From Macrostomum lignano (taxonomy: Eukaryota): a DNA stretch of 64,000 bases. The notes under the pieces were generated by a model, which was not told where the DNA came from, made no database searches, and saw only the letters and a program-made list of their open reading frames with translations. The stretch is from the NCBI GenBank assembly GCA_002269645.1, contig NIVC01000726.1:32400-96399 (forward strand), written 5' to 3'. Numbering within the stretch: the stretch's first letter is position 1; every line of letters begins with the position of its first letter. Below, one piece after another: positions 25,201 to 36,003 of this stretch. Made by a program: the position numbers and the translations under genes.

Positions 25201-26798
25201 AAGCCAAGGGGAGCGTAGCCCAGAGGTCTAGCGGGGCGCTCTGATATGCCAGCGGCCCAGGCTCGATTCCAAGTGCAGTTACATTAATTTGGGGCTAAAT
25301 TGGAATCTCGGCTTGGCTCTGCTCGTGCAATTGACGCCATTGAGGCCCAACCCCCACCCCAAGGCACAGTGAAGTGTACATGCCTAAAGATAAATAAAGT
25401 TAGGGCTGCTGTACACTCCTGTGTGAGTGTGTGCCTGTGCATGCTCAGGGGAGTCGGCGAAATGGAAACCTGTTTTTTCAAAGTCAGGATGCCATACCAC
25501 AAAAAATGCCAAATTAAAAGGCAGGCTCCTACCTGGAGGTCGGGCAAATCGAAAATCACCAAAGCGTAGTTGTCGTGAGTGGCCAGGCCGCGGATCACGG
25601 TGAGCTGGGGAAACAGCTGGGCCAATGTGGTGAGGTTGCGCAGCCGGTACAGCACCAGGAAGCCGGATATTTCGCGCAGATGAGGGAAACTCACGGCCCC
25701 GTTCATGTCTATGATGCTGAGCACTACATTGCCGTCTACGGCTGTGCAATTAAAGAACGTCTGCGCTTTCCCTACGGGCGACATTGTCATGCTGATGGAG
25801 TTGCAGACTGCGGGTGGTTGGTTAAATTAGTACGCAATTTTGCATCATTTATCGAAGGAAAATGCTTAGTTACTAAAAGGGATAACTTTTTGAGTTGCTG
25901 CTCAGAAGGGTGCTTGGTCAAGTTTCAAATGGAGGGATGCTGAGATGCCATGGCTCAATGGGGAGTTGCTGAGATGCCAATTGGCTCAATGGGGAGTTGC
26001 TGAGATGCCAATTGGCTCAATGGGGAGTTGCTGAGATGCCAATTGGCTCAATGGGGAGTTGCTGAGATGCCAACTGGCTCAATGGGGAGTTGCTGAGATG
26101 CCAATTGGTTCAATAGGGAGTTGATGAGATGCCAATTGGCTCGATCGGGAGTTGCTGAGATGCCAATTGGCTCAATAGGGAGTTGATGAGATGTCATGGC
26201 TCAATGGGGAGTTGCTGAGATGCCAATTGGCTCAATGGGGAGTTGATGAGATGCCAATTGGCTCAATGGGGATTTGTTGAGATGCCAATTGGCTCAATGG
26301 GGAGTTGCTGAGATGCCAATTGGCTCAATGGGGAGTTGCTGAGATGCCAAATGGCTCAATGGGGAGTTGCTGAGATGCCAATTGGCTCAATGGGGAGTTG
26401 CTGAGATGCCAATTGGCTCAATGGGGAGTTGCTGAGATGCCAATTGGCTCAATGGGGAGTTGCTGAACTCTGACTATCAAGTGGCAATCATAGTCCAAAT
26501 CCAGGATACCAATATTAAGGTTAATGAGTCATGATATAACAATGTTAATATTACTTATTTAAACATCCTAATAGCAAAGAAAGACTTTTTGGTGAATTAC
26601 TAATTATATTTAAAACTACTAATAACATTTTCAACAAAAAGCTAATAAAAATATAAATATATAAAAATTCTCAATAGGATAAGAAAGTCACTTACTTTTT
26701 CCATCTCCACATCTGACACCACAGAAAAGCAAACTAAGAAAGAAGATTATTGATTTGTAGAGCATTGGCTTGGCTTGTCTACATTTGAGTAGAGCCAT
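541..26798 (-). CDS. InR: Insulin/IGF-like receptor, ectodomain-encoding part; gene continues off the left edge
   Basis: Hand-built exons with GT-AG ends: 26696-26798, 25533-25807, 24487-24707, 18935-19484, 15589-15742 (copy 12529-12682), 11060-11699, 7069-7568, 541-920. Motifs: signal peptide; L1 ([24 protein letters not shown]); Cys-rich ([10 protein letters not shown]); L2 ([15 protein letters not shown]); FnIII ([16 protein letters not shown]); alphaCT-like [10 protein letters not shown]; FnIII-2b LKHFTHYE. Several single-base frameshifts in exons 4 and 8 as assembled. Confidence 0.93.
1040..2305. repeat. About 20-22-bp minisatellite CACACATCAAAGGCGATTCT
   Basis: Direct tandem copies; source of ORF 1009..1527. 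Confidence 0.95.
2803..3145. repeat. Minisatellite related to 1-527 (ACCGGAAGTATCTAATCTCACCTTATAGACA)
   Basis: Shared ACCGGAAGTATCTAATC core. Confidence 0.9.
3676..6052. repeat. 31/34-bp minisatellite GATCCTTCAGTGCCCGCTGCTGCCTCTCTCC
   Basis: About 2.4 kb array; stop-free in three + frames. Confidence 0.97.
6549..7062. repeat. 18-bp minisatellite AGAGTCTGAGAACCTTAG
   Basis: Tandem copies abutting the InR exon 7 donor. Confidence 0.95.
7069..7568 (-). CDS. InR: InR exon 7, FnIII-1/FnIII-2a, insert domain with poly-Q and alphaCT
   Basis: [54 protein letters not shown]. Confidence 0.92.
7588..8616. repeat. About 25-bp G-rich minisatellite GGGTTGCAACTCAATTAGGGGGAT
   Basis: Tandem copies abutting the InR exon 7 acceptor. 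Confidence 0.95.
9845..10832. repeat. 20-bp minisatellite TGCTGTCATGCTGTTTTCTA, two alternating variants
   Basis: Tandem copies. Confidence 0.95.
11060..11699 (-). CDS. InR: InR exon 6, L2 end and FnIII-1
   Basis: [45 protein letters not shown]. The GTGAGT donor after QFMVV joins in phase 0 to LLKPASRY. Confidence 0.9.
11808..12476. repeat. 24-bp minisatellite CACATGACTGGCACAATGGATGGT
   Basis: Highly homogeneous tandem copies. Confidence 0.97.
12529..12682 (-). CDS. InR: InR exon 5, duplicate copy left of the gap
   Basis: Same exon sequence and splice sites as 15589-15742, offset 3060 bp. Confidence 0.8.
12864..13445. repeat. (TCTG)n microsatellite (copy at about 15925-16505)
   Basis: Tetranucleotide run. 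Confidence 0.97.
14125..14705. repeat. About 28-bp minisatellite GCTAAGATGTCAAGGCTCATGGGGGAATT, preceded by (GACA)n (copy at about 17190-17705)
   Basis: Tandem copies. Confidence 0.93.
14842..15218. other. Assembly gap (377 N)
   Basis: Run of N. Confidence 1.
15219..17832. repeat. Near-identical direct duplicate of about 12160-14841
   Basis: Same order in both copies: 24-mer array, InR exon 5, (TCTG)n, unique block, (GACA)n, about 28-mer array, ending AAAAGCAATAC. Confidence 0.95.
15589..15742 (-). CDS. InR: InR exon 5, L2 domain (copy right of the gap)
   Basis: TTCCAG acceptor; [43 protein letters not shown]; GTGAGT donor. Confidence 0.9.
18228..18542 (-). mobile_element. Second copy of the tRNA-derived SINE (InR intron 4)
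   Basis: Reverse complement reads TAGCCCAGTGG...GGCTCGATTCCAAGTGCAG...GAAGTGTACATGCC...GCTCAGGGGAGTCGGC, collinear with the 25208 copy. Confidence 0.75.
18935..19484 (-). CDS. InR: InR exon 4, furin-like Cys-rich region to start of L2 (frameshifted as assembled)
   Basis: [37 protein letters not shown] and [13 protein letters not shown] fall in successive frames; GTAAGG donor. Confidence 0.88.
20405..22000. repeat. About 31-bp minisatellite AAAGCTTCACACTGCGAAACTAAATCCTCCT
   Basis: About 1.6 kb array. Confidence 0.96.
22605..23530. repeat. 27-bp minisatellite CAGATCCTCAATGGGATTATAATGTCC
   Basis: Tandem copies; internal GGGA/TCCC dyad. Confidence 0.95.
24100..24306. repeat. About 20-bp minisatellite AAACACCCTAAATCTGCTAA
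   Basis: Tandem copies. Confidence 0.93.
24487..24707 (-). CDS. InR: InR exon 3, end of L1 and start of Cys-rich region
   Basis: [25 protein letters not shown]...CRDVCPG; GTGAGT donor. Confidence 0.9.
24874..25162. repeat. 33-bp minisatellite TTCTATGACCAACTGCTGAAAGTTCATTGGAGC
   Basis: Tandem copies. Confidence 0.95.
25208..25470 (+). mobile_element. tRNA-derived SINE-like element (InR intron 2)
   Basis: Pol III A box TAGCCCAGAGG and B box GGCTCGATTCC in a tRNA-like head; body shared with the copies at 18.2-18.5 kb and 34.8 kb. Confidence 0.75.
25533..25807 (-). CDS. InR: InR exon 2, L1 domain
   Basis: CCGCAG acceptor and GTAGGA donor; [34 protein letters not shown] matches the receptor L domain. 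Confidence 0.92.
25938..26466. repeat. 31-bp minisatellite GCTGAGATGCCAATTGGCTCAATGGGGAGTT
   Basis: Tandem copies in InR intron 1. Confidence 0.95.
26696..26798 (-). CDS. InR: InR exon 1, signal peptide
   Basis: ATG at 26798 gives [34 protein letters not shown], then a GTAAGT donor. Phase 1 joins exon 2 to give I-CNSI. Not in the ORF track. Confidence 0.8.
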
Positions 26799-29668
26799 GA
26801 AAATGATAAGAAAAGTAATCAAGTTAAATTGTTCTTGAATATTAACTTTATCTTCATAAGATCAATATTGACCTCATGTAAAATAATTGCAATTTGTTTC
26901 AATAATGTTTTAATCCAATAAATATGAGCTACAGGACAATTAAATGCATGAGTATAAATATAAATAAACTTCTAATCAATTTTCCTATATTTTATATAGG
27001 TATAAATAAGTATATTATTTAATAATACTTAATGCTTTAATATTAATGACTTTATATTTAAAAAGATATATTTTACATTTAAAAAGTATCTTTTTTTAAA
27101 TTCCTAAAAATATAATTCAAAATACATCTTTCAATATTGAATATATATCTTAAAGCATTTAAACTAAGGCTTAGTAAATTGCTGCTAAAAACAGAATTGT
27201 GAAATAAAAAAATATAAGTAGAGTTAGACTTAAAGATTTTATAGCTTTGGCCTTTTTGAACTTTAGGTACTGTACATATAAATATATGTCAATGCCAAGT
27301 AGATGTATGCTAATGCTAAGCAGATGTATACCAATGCCAAAAACAATTGTTTAAAGTAATTGATAAAGCATAGCTACTAAAAACAAATAATTTAATGTTT
27401 TTAAAAATAAATATATATATAATATATATTTATTTCTAAAAATGATAACACCTAAGTCCTAATTAATTGTTAAACTATTATTTAACATTGTCATAAAATA
27501 ACAATAATGTAGATCTAAAAAATCATAAATGATCATATATGCCATGCATATATACTGGTATAAGACCAAGATACCCACATACTAAGATGGCCACAACATT
27601 AAATATCTATTATATCTACTCTTTTTACCATTAATTTGCAACTTAAATAGAGCTCTATTGTTTGGTAGATTTAATTATTATGTTTATAATCGATCATATT
27701 AATAAATACTGATGCAATAATAGATTTGAAACTAATTTAAATACCTTTACCTATTCTAGGCTATAATACAAAAACTAATCTTTTTTAGTGTTGTTGCCAA
27801 TTTATTCCCTATCTTACATTTATCAAATTTATCACTATCAGTTTATCAAGAAATCATTGCTAGTGGTAATGTTATGCAAAAATTGTAATAAATATGCAAC
27901 AGGGTATCTATTTTGTGCTAGCCTACTTGCTTTATTTAGTGGATAAATAGGCCTTTCTATCTATAGACTAGGCTACAATAAAACCTAAAGCCAAAAGGAA
28001 TATTTATAATTCCTTTGTAGCTTCTATCTCCATAAGACTTGAAGATCTAAATCTAATACAAATTATTACCAATAGAAAATAAATGAAATATACAGAAAGC
28101 CAACCAAGCCATGTTCATTAGGCCCTTAAGCCTTGCCTTTAGGCTTTTCATTTTTAACAAGTCGCTACAAGCATATGACAAAAAAAGTTACTATTCACCG
28201 ACAGGTTTGCTTTAATCAAATTCAAACTTATAGTTAATACTCATTTTTAGGATATAGGATCTTTTCATACTTTCAGTTTTTGATTATGTGAACTGAAGCC
28301 AATAATTTTCAGTTCATTCAGATTCAGTCAGTCTGTAACACTTTTCTATGAAAAAGTTTTTTTAAGCGGCTGCTTTTATCATTTAAAAATATTAACAAGT
28401 ATAGTTAGCGTTCTTGCTTTATGCGAGTAGAATCCTTGCACTTAAAAATTCGCATAAACGGAGTAGTTCTGTATATATTATAAATATACAAAGCAAATAA
28501 TTAGCATCAATAATAAATTCTACGGTTTTCTTTATTGTAATTAAATGAGCACACGCTCTGCTATCGATAGTTGTACAAATAGCAGCAAAAATGCTACGAG
28601 CAGGCTAAAGGGAGATTTGTAGGCTCGCACCATCTGTTGTAGAGTTACGGATGTTCGTAAGGAGTTCGGAAAATTTTATATTGAAGAATCATAAAATTAG
28701 AGAAAAATGGATTATGTAGACGTTAGTTAACTTGTAGTTCTAACTTAAACAGAAACTGGTGACGGATGCGAAAAGGCTGATCATTATTAGTGACACGTCA
28801 AACGAGAATTCTTTACAAATTTAAGAATGTGGTGACAACACCATCAATTTTCTGGCTGCAGCAACACTTCGGTATTAACTATTAACCAACTTAACAATTC
28901 ACAAATATGTTGCTTGAATTTCACTGACTTGGAATCAAGAATCTATAAAGTTAAATAGGACAGAGTGCAGTGGTTCAGTGGAAGTTTTGCTTTTTCTTAG
29001 ATTTTAAAGCCTCTTCAAGGCACTGTAAATACTCGTATACTTTCACACTACATGTAATTTCTGTAATAATACTCCCTTTAGTATAAATGTAAGGGTACAT
29101 ACATGTAGATCTATTAAAAAATTATTTAAGGCAACATTTGTCTTAGCACTCATTTGTGAACTCTGAATGAATTATATACGTACATGCACAGTCCGTCAGA
29201 ACCAAAATATCAAAATGCATATCAATCAGGTAATTTTTCAATCCATTATATATTGTTATTATTTAACTACAAAATGGCACAGTAATATAATAAAGCTTTT
29301 CTAATACACAGAAAAGCTTTATTTAGAGCAAAAGTCAATCGATATGGTATGCACTTGTATGCAATTATTATCATAGCGACAAGCGAACAAATAGAGTGCG
29401 CTGAATAACTGTCCAGCAGAGTAAAGGCTAGCGATGATTAATGTAAAATATTTGTCCCTTTATTGGACTGGAAGTTGAACGTTAAAGAGTACAATTGGAT
29501 AATATAATACAAAATCGAAGCAAATACTGGATAAAAAAGATGCTTAAATGGAAAGCTAGACTCTTAGACTTAGACGTGAAGCTTAGGCTGTATACAATAT
29601 ATATATTGTTACTTTGGAATTTTGGTCTGTTTTTGTTTCGGCAAATCCTTCTGTCTCGCTAGTCTCGC

Positions 29669-32569
29669 TTAGCCAAGACAGTAGCAGCGGCCGCGACTGC
29701 TCCCGGGATCATTGGCGGTGCTCACCCCGGCAGCAGACGATGGTGCACCTTGACCTCCGCTGCCCAAAGCGAACGCCTGCTGTTGCGACAGCTGATTGTT
29801 CGCTCCGGCGCCGCCTTTGATAAAATCTTCGGCTACGCGTCGAAACAGAATGTCTACGTTTTCGCCCGTTTTGCTGGACGTCTCAATTGACAGGGCGCCA
29901 ATGCCTGGGTGACAAGGGTGAGCGAGCTGCGTGCTAAGCTGCAGGATGTCATGGGGCAGTTTACTAGGAACAAGTGGTTAAACACTTTCCAGGATTAGCT
30001 CGGGACGATTCTCTATCGGGCTGGGGTGGATTCTCTATCTGGCTGGGGTGGATTCTCTATCGGGTTGGGGTGGATTCTCTATCGGGATGGGGTGAATTCT
30101 CTATCGGGATGGGGTGGATTCTCTATCGGGTTGGGGTGGATTCTCTATCGGGCTGGGGTGGATTCTCTATCTGGCTGGGGTGGATTCTCTATCGGTTTGG
30201 GGTGGATTCTCTATCTGGCTGGGGTGGATTCTCTATCGGTTTGGGGTGGATTCTCTATCGGTTTGGGGTGGATTCTCTATCGGGCTGGGGTGGATTCTCT
30301 ATCTGGCTGGGGTGGATTCTCTATCTGGCTGGGGTGGATTCTCTATCGGGATGGGGTGGATTCTCTATCGGGCTGGGGTGGATTCTCTATCGGGATGGGG
30401 TGGATTCTCTATCTGGCTGGGGTGGATTCTCTATCGGGATGGGGTGGATTCTCTATCGGGTTGGGGTGGATTCTCTATCGGTTTGGGGTGGATTCTCTAT
30501 CGGGATGGGGTGGATTCTCTATCGGGTTGGGGTGGATTCTCTATCGGGCTGGAGTGGATTCTCTATCGGTTTGGGGTGGATTCTCTATCGGGATGGGGTG
30601 GATTCTCTATCGGGTTGGGGTGGATTCTCTATCGGGTTGGGGTGGATTCTCTATCGGGCTGGGGTGGATTCTCTATCTGGCTGGGGTGGATTCTCTATCG
30701 GGCTGGGGTGGATTCTCTATCGGTTTGGGGTGGATTCTCTATCGGGTTGGGGTGGATTCTCTATCGGGTTGGGGTGGATTCTCTATCGGGTTGGGGTGGA
30801 TTCTCTATCGGGCTGGAGTGATTTTCTATCCAACGGAATGACACAACAGAACAAAGAGTTAATAAAGACACACTGACTCACTCTTAGCAAACTCGGCGGC
30901 CTCAGTCTCGCCAACTTGCCGCAGAGGCGGATCAGCCGTTACTAAGTCGCGTTTGCAGCCGCACAGGTAAATTCTGCACCGATCTTCTTCGTATTTGCGC
31001 AGCTCTTTAGTCCAGAACCTGGCCCGCTCGAGACTGCCGGCGTCCGTCACCTCGTAGCAGACGATGGCAGCGCCTGAGCCGCTGATAGAGGATGCAAGAC
31101 AGGATATTCAGGCTTTGCTATAGCTAAGAGGGAAGCTTTCAGGGATTAAAGGGAATTCCGTGAAGAGAATTACTACCTTAATCAATGATAAATATCAATG
31201 ATAAAATTCTCCATGATTATAGTGAGAAATACTACTCACCTGATCAGGGGAACTTTAACATCCTGGATCAGAGAATTGCATACTTAATCAAAGGGAATCT
31301 TCCCAGTGATTGGGGGGAGAGAATTACACGCCAGATCAGGGGAATCTTCCTAATGATTGAGAGGAGAATTACTCGCCAGATCAGGGGAATCTTCCCAATG
31401 ATTGAGAGGAGAATTACTCGCCAGCTCTGGGGGAATCTTCCCAATGATTGAGAGGAGAATTACTCGCCAGCTCTGGGGGAATCTTCCCAATGATTGAGAG
31501 GAGAATTACTCGCCAGCTCAGGGGGAATCTTCACAATGATTGAGAGGAGAATTACTCGCCAGCTCAGGGGGAATCTTCCCAATGATTGAGAGGAGAATTA
31601 CTCGCCAGCTCTGGGGGAATCTTCCCAATGATTGAGAAGAGAATTACTCGCCAGATCAGGGGGAATCTTCCCAATAATTGAGAGGAGAATTACTCGCCAG
31701 ATCAGGGGGAATCTTCCCAATGATTGAGAGGAGAATTACTCGCCAGCTCTGGGGGAATCTTCCCAATGATTGAGAGGAGAATTACTCGCCAGCTCTGGGG
31801 GAATCTTCCCAATGATTGAGAGGAGAATTACTCGCCAGCTCTGGGGGAATCTTCCCAATGATTGAGAGGAGAATTACTCGCCAGATCAGGGGGAATCTTC
31901 CCAATGATTGAGAGGAGAATTACTCGCCAGCTCAGGGGGAATCTTCCCAATGATTGAGAGGAGAATTACTCGCCAGCTCTGGGGGAATCTTCCCAATAAT
32001 TGAGAGGAGAATTACTCGCCAGATCAGGGGGAATCTTCCCAATAATTGAGAGGAGAATTACTCGCCAGATCAGGGGGAATCTTCCTAATGATTGAGGGGA
32101 TAATTACTCGCCAGATTATGGGGAATCTTCCCAATGATTGCTGGCCGGGGAGAACTACTCACCTGATCTGGGTGAATATTTTTTAATGACTGAAAGGAGA
32201 ATTACTGGCTGGAAAGTTCTCCCTAATTGATGCCTTTTCACATATCGACAACGGCAATACATTTATAAGCTACCAATAGATAAGCTAAAACAAATTGCCT
32301 TGACAACAAACGCACCGGTAATAAATTCTCGCCATAGACTCGTAGCGCTCGGAGCCGGCAGTGTCCCACACGCCTAGCACTACTTCGCGATCTCGGCCAC
32401 CATCCCGACACCGGACGGCCCTTGAACCGTAGGCGGCCCCAATAGTGCTCTGATAGGCGCTGCCAGTTAAAAATCTATCGTGCAGAAATCGTTCAACTAG
32501 CGCCGTTTTGCCGACGTACTCCTTGCCTAGTAGTACAACTTTTAAATCGACGCGCGTATTGCCCGTCAT
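29669..32569 (-). CDS. RAB24: Rab24 small GTPase, 3 exons
   Basis: Exons 32316-32569, 30882-31081, 29669-29904, all phase-consistent. Motifs: GKEYVGKT P-loop, [16 protein letters not shown] (Rab24-typical Ser instead of Gln), [20 protein letters not shown]; C-terminus CYCLG. Confidence 0.95.
30000..30822. repeat. 22-bp minisatellite GGATTCTCTATCGGGCTGGGGT
   Basis: Tandem copies in RAB24 intron 2. Confidence 0.96.
31300..32165. repeat. About 46-bp minisatellite GGGGGAATCTTCCCAATGATTGAGAGGAGAATTACTCGCCAGCTCT
   Basis: Tandem copies in RAB24 intron 1. Confidence 0.95.
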
Positions 32570-32747
32570 TCTGGTGCAAACTATACTACTTAAAGCAGTG
32601 GCAGTGATAGTTTCTGCAGTGCAAGAATTATTTAGACCTTTGCTAGACTTTTTAGATAAATATTAGGATAAAAAATTAATTCGATATAACTTAAACACCG
32701 TTTTTGTTAAGCGGTTGATGCAATTCATAGTCCCTCATCAGTGAGTC

Positions 32748-33194
32748 AAGCTACCGCTAAGTAGGTGAAGCTACCGCAAAGTGGGTGAAGCTACCCCAAA
32801 GTGGGTGAAGCTACCGCAAAGTGAGTGAAGCTACCGCAAAGTGGATGAAGCTACCCCAAAGTGGGTGAAGCTACCGCAAAGTGGGTGAAGCTACCGCAAA
32901 GTGGGTGAAGCTACCGCAAAGTGAGTGAAGCTACCGCAAAGTAGGTGAAGCTACCGCAAAGTGGATGAAGCTACCGCAAAGTGGGTGAAGCTACCCCAAA
33001 GTGAGTGAAGCTACCCCAAAGTGGGTGAAGCTACCCCAAAGTGGGTGAAGCTACCCCAAAGTGAGTGAAGCTACCCCAAAGTGGGTGAAGCTACCTCAAA
33101 GTGGATGAAGCTACCCTAAAGTGGATGAAGCTACCGCAAAGTGAGTGAAGCTACCCCAAAGTGGGTGAAGCTACCGCAAAGTGGGTGAAGCTAC
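32748..33194. repeat. 20-bp minisatellite GTGGGTGAAGCTACCGCAAA
   Basis: Tandem copies between NDUFS5 and RAB24. Confidence 0.96.
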
Positions 33195-33583
33195 GAGCGT
33201 ACCACTAGTCCCTCAAACAGGCCTTATGGTCGAAAGAAGCAACAGAAAAGCGTACCGATTACTATAAGAGATAGTAGATTTACTACCATAATGAACAAAC
33301 CTTCCCTTTACTATATTTCATTACACAAGTATATGTTATATAGTACTAATATTTTCACAGGCAAACGTACCGCCTATATGTTACTAGAAGGTGCAACTGG
33401 ATTCTCTATTATTTTGCTTTAAAACTACATCGAGCGGGACAGAGCAACTAAAGCATGAATGGAGGGGGTGGGTTGCAGATAACTGAAAGCTAGACAGGAG
33501 CAGATGGACTACAACTCAAACTGCTATTAACTAACATTGTCTTTTATCAGTTAACGAGTTTGCGGCCTTTAAAACACTGCGAA

Positions 33584-33758
33584 TCACGAGTGCCTCGGCC
33601 AGTAAGAGTCGTACGGTGGCGTAGGCAGCGGCTCCATATTCTTCTCGCGCATCATTCGCTGCAGATAGCGATAGCGCTTCATCTGCGGGGAGGGGTTGCG
33701 ACAGGGGGTTTAGTGAGATGATTTTCTATCGATCTGTCTGTCTGTCTATCCATCTATT

Positions 33759-33814
<56 letters not shown>

Positions 33815-33816
33815 TG

Positions 33817-33891
<75 letters not shown>

Positions 33892-34029
33892 GTCTATCTG
33901 TCTATCTATCTGTCTATCTATCTGTCGATCTATCTATCTATCTGTCTGTCTATCTATCTATCTATCTATCTATCTGTCTGTCTATCTATCTGTCTGTCTA
34001 TCTATCTGTCTATCTATCTGTCTATCTTT

Positions 34030-34072
<43 letters not shown>

Positions 34073-34123
34073 GTCTGTCTATCTATCTGTCTATCTATCT
34101 GTCTATCTATCTATCTATCTATG

Positions 34124-34160
<37 letters not shown>

Positions 34161-34298
34161 GTCTGTCTATCTATCTGTCTATCTATCTGTCTATCTATCT
34201 GTCGATCTATCTATCTATCTGTCTGTCTGTCTATCTATCTGTCTATCTATCTGTCTATCTATCTATCTATCTATCTGTCTGTCTATCTATCTCTGTCC

Positions 34299-34382
<84 letters not shown>

Positions 34383-34387
34383 GTCTG

Positions 34388-34418
<31 letters not shown>

Positions 34419-34511
34419 GTCTATCTATCTATCTATCTGTCTGTCTATCTATCTATCTATCTGTCTATCTATCTATCTATCTGTCTATCTATCTGTCTAT
34501 CTATCTATCTA

Positions 34512-34542
<31 letters not shown>

Positions 34543-34617
34543 GTCTGTCTATCTATCTGTCTGTCTATCTATCTATCTGTCTATCTATCTATCTGTCTGT
34601 CTATCTATCTATCTATC

Positions 34618-34706
<89 letters not shown>

Positions 34707-34707
34707 G

Positions 34708-34746
<39 letters not shown>

Positions 34747-36003
34747 GTCTGTCTATCTATCTATCTATCTATCTATCTGTCTATCTATCTATCTATCTAT
34801 CTATGGAGTGTACATGCCTGACACTTAAAAAGCCAGGGCCGCTGTACACCCTGTGTGAGCGTGTGTTTGAGTGCCTGCCTGAGTACAGTATTGGCGCGCT
34901 TGCATGTGCTCAGGAGTCAGCAGAATGTACAGAAATGCCTCAGCCTCAGTCAAAGAATTCCCTTTGACTGTTGCAAAAGGAGGCAACAAGAACGAAATAA
35001 AAATGTTTGAATAAACTACATGTTTCTTATAACCTTGTACAGTCATATGTGCTAATTTTTTAGGGAAAAAATACTTTTTAAGCAAAAAAGCATCTGCCCT
35101 GAGTGACAGACTAAGATATCAGATCATCTATGAGCGTTGCCTCAAAGAATCTCAGCAACCAACATTGGGGCAAGCATTTCAGCGATTCCCCAATGAGCCA
35201 CAGCATTTCAGCAAGTCCCCATTGAGCATTGATATCTCAGCAATTCCCCAATGAGCCACAGCATTTCAGCAATTCCCCAATGAGCCACAGCATTTCAGCA
35301 ATTCCCCAATGCGCCACAGCATTTCAGCAATTCCCCAATGAGCCACAGCATTTCAGCAATTCCCCAATGAGCATTGATATCTCAGCAATTCCCCAATGAG
35401 CCACAGCACTTCAGCAATTCCCCAATGAGCCACAGCATTTCTGCAATTCCCCAATGAGCCACAGCATTTCTGCAATTCCCTAATGAGCCACAGCATTTCA
35501 GCAATTCCCCAATGAGCCACAGCATTTCAGCAATACCCCCCTAAGCCCATGGTCTAGCATAAAAGGCACAAATTTACCTCCTTGTAATGATTGGAGCACT
35601 CGTCGTAATCGTCAAAGTAGATCCGGCACCATTTGTGAAGATTCTGCACGCCAACCCTGGACAAGCAGCGATAGAGGTCGCGCTCCATGATGTGGCAGTG
35701 CTTGGGGAAATCTCTGCCCTGCATAGTGAACTGGCCGCTCATCCAGTGCAGATGATGGTTGTCTAGCGGCGGCCGCTGGAACACGTTGCCAAATAGTCTG
35801 TTTGGCCTGGGCAGGCCGAACGCATTGAATCTGGTCTCGTTAGGATGAAGCGGCCTCGTCAGTCGGTAGGTAGCGTAGCTCAACGCTTCTCCGGGCGTCT
35901 CAAAGTGCGGATAAGGCGGCGAAGGATTCTCTAAGCAGTCGCGATTCAGCTTGAGCAGCCGGTCGGGATCCTCATAAGTGATTGGCGTGCGAGTGTCCGA
36001 CAT
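33584..36003 (-). CDS. NDUFS5: Complex I accessory subunit NDUFS5 (twin CX9C), 174 aa, 2 exons
   Basis: Exons 35578-36003 and 33584-33682. [22 protein letters not shown] parallels the NDUFS5 motif CHAFEKEWIEC..CKIEYDDFVEC; basic Pro-containing tail [17 protein letters not shown]. Confidence 0.85.
33735..34803. repeat. (TCAA)n/(TCTA)n/(TCTG)n compound microsatellite
   Basis: Tetranucleotide runs in the NDUFS5 intron. Confidence 0.97.
34805..34925 (+). mobile_element. 5'-truncated copy of the same SINE (NDUFS5 intron)
   Basis: AGTGTACATGCC...AGGGCCGCTGTACAC.CTGTGTGAG...GCTCAGGAGTC matches the 3' body of the other copies. Confidence 0.6.
35170..35545. repeat. About 29-bp minisatellite AATGAGCCACAGCATTTCAGCAATTCCCC
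   Basis: Tandem copies in the NDUFS5 intron. Confidence 0.94.

Noticed and set aside
25208-25280. Functional tRNA gene
   Set aside because: A/B boxes are present but no convincing cloverleaf, and the head is attached to a repeated body, indicating a SINE.
20405-32165. CRISPR-like appearance of 27-46 bp repeats
   Set aside because: Units are head-to-tail with no unique spacers, there are no cas genes, and the context is eukaryotic introns.
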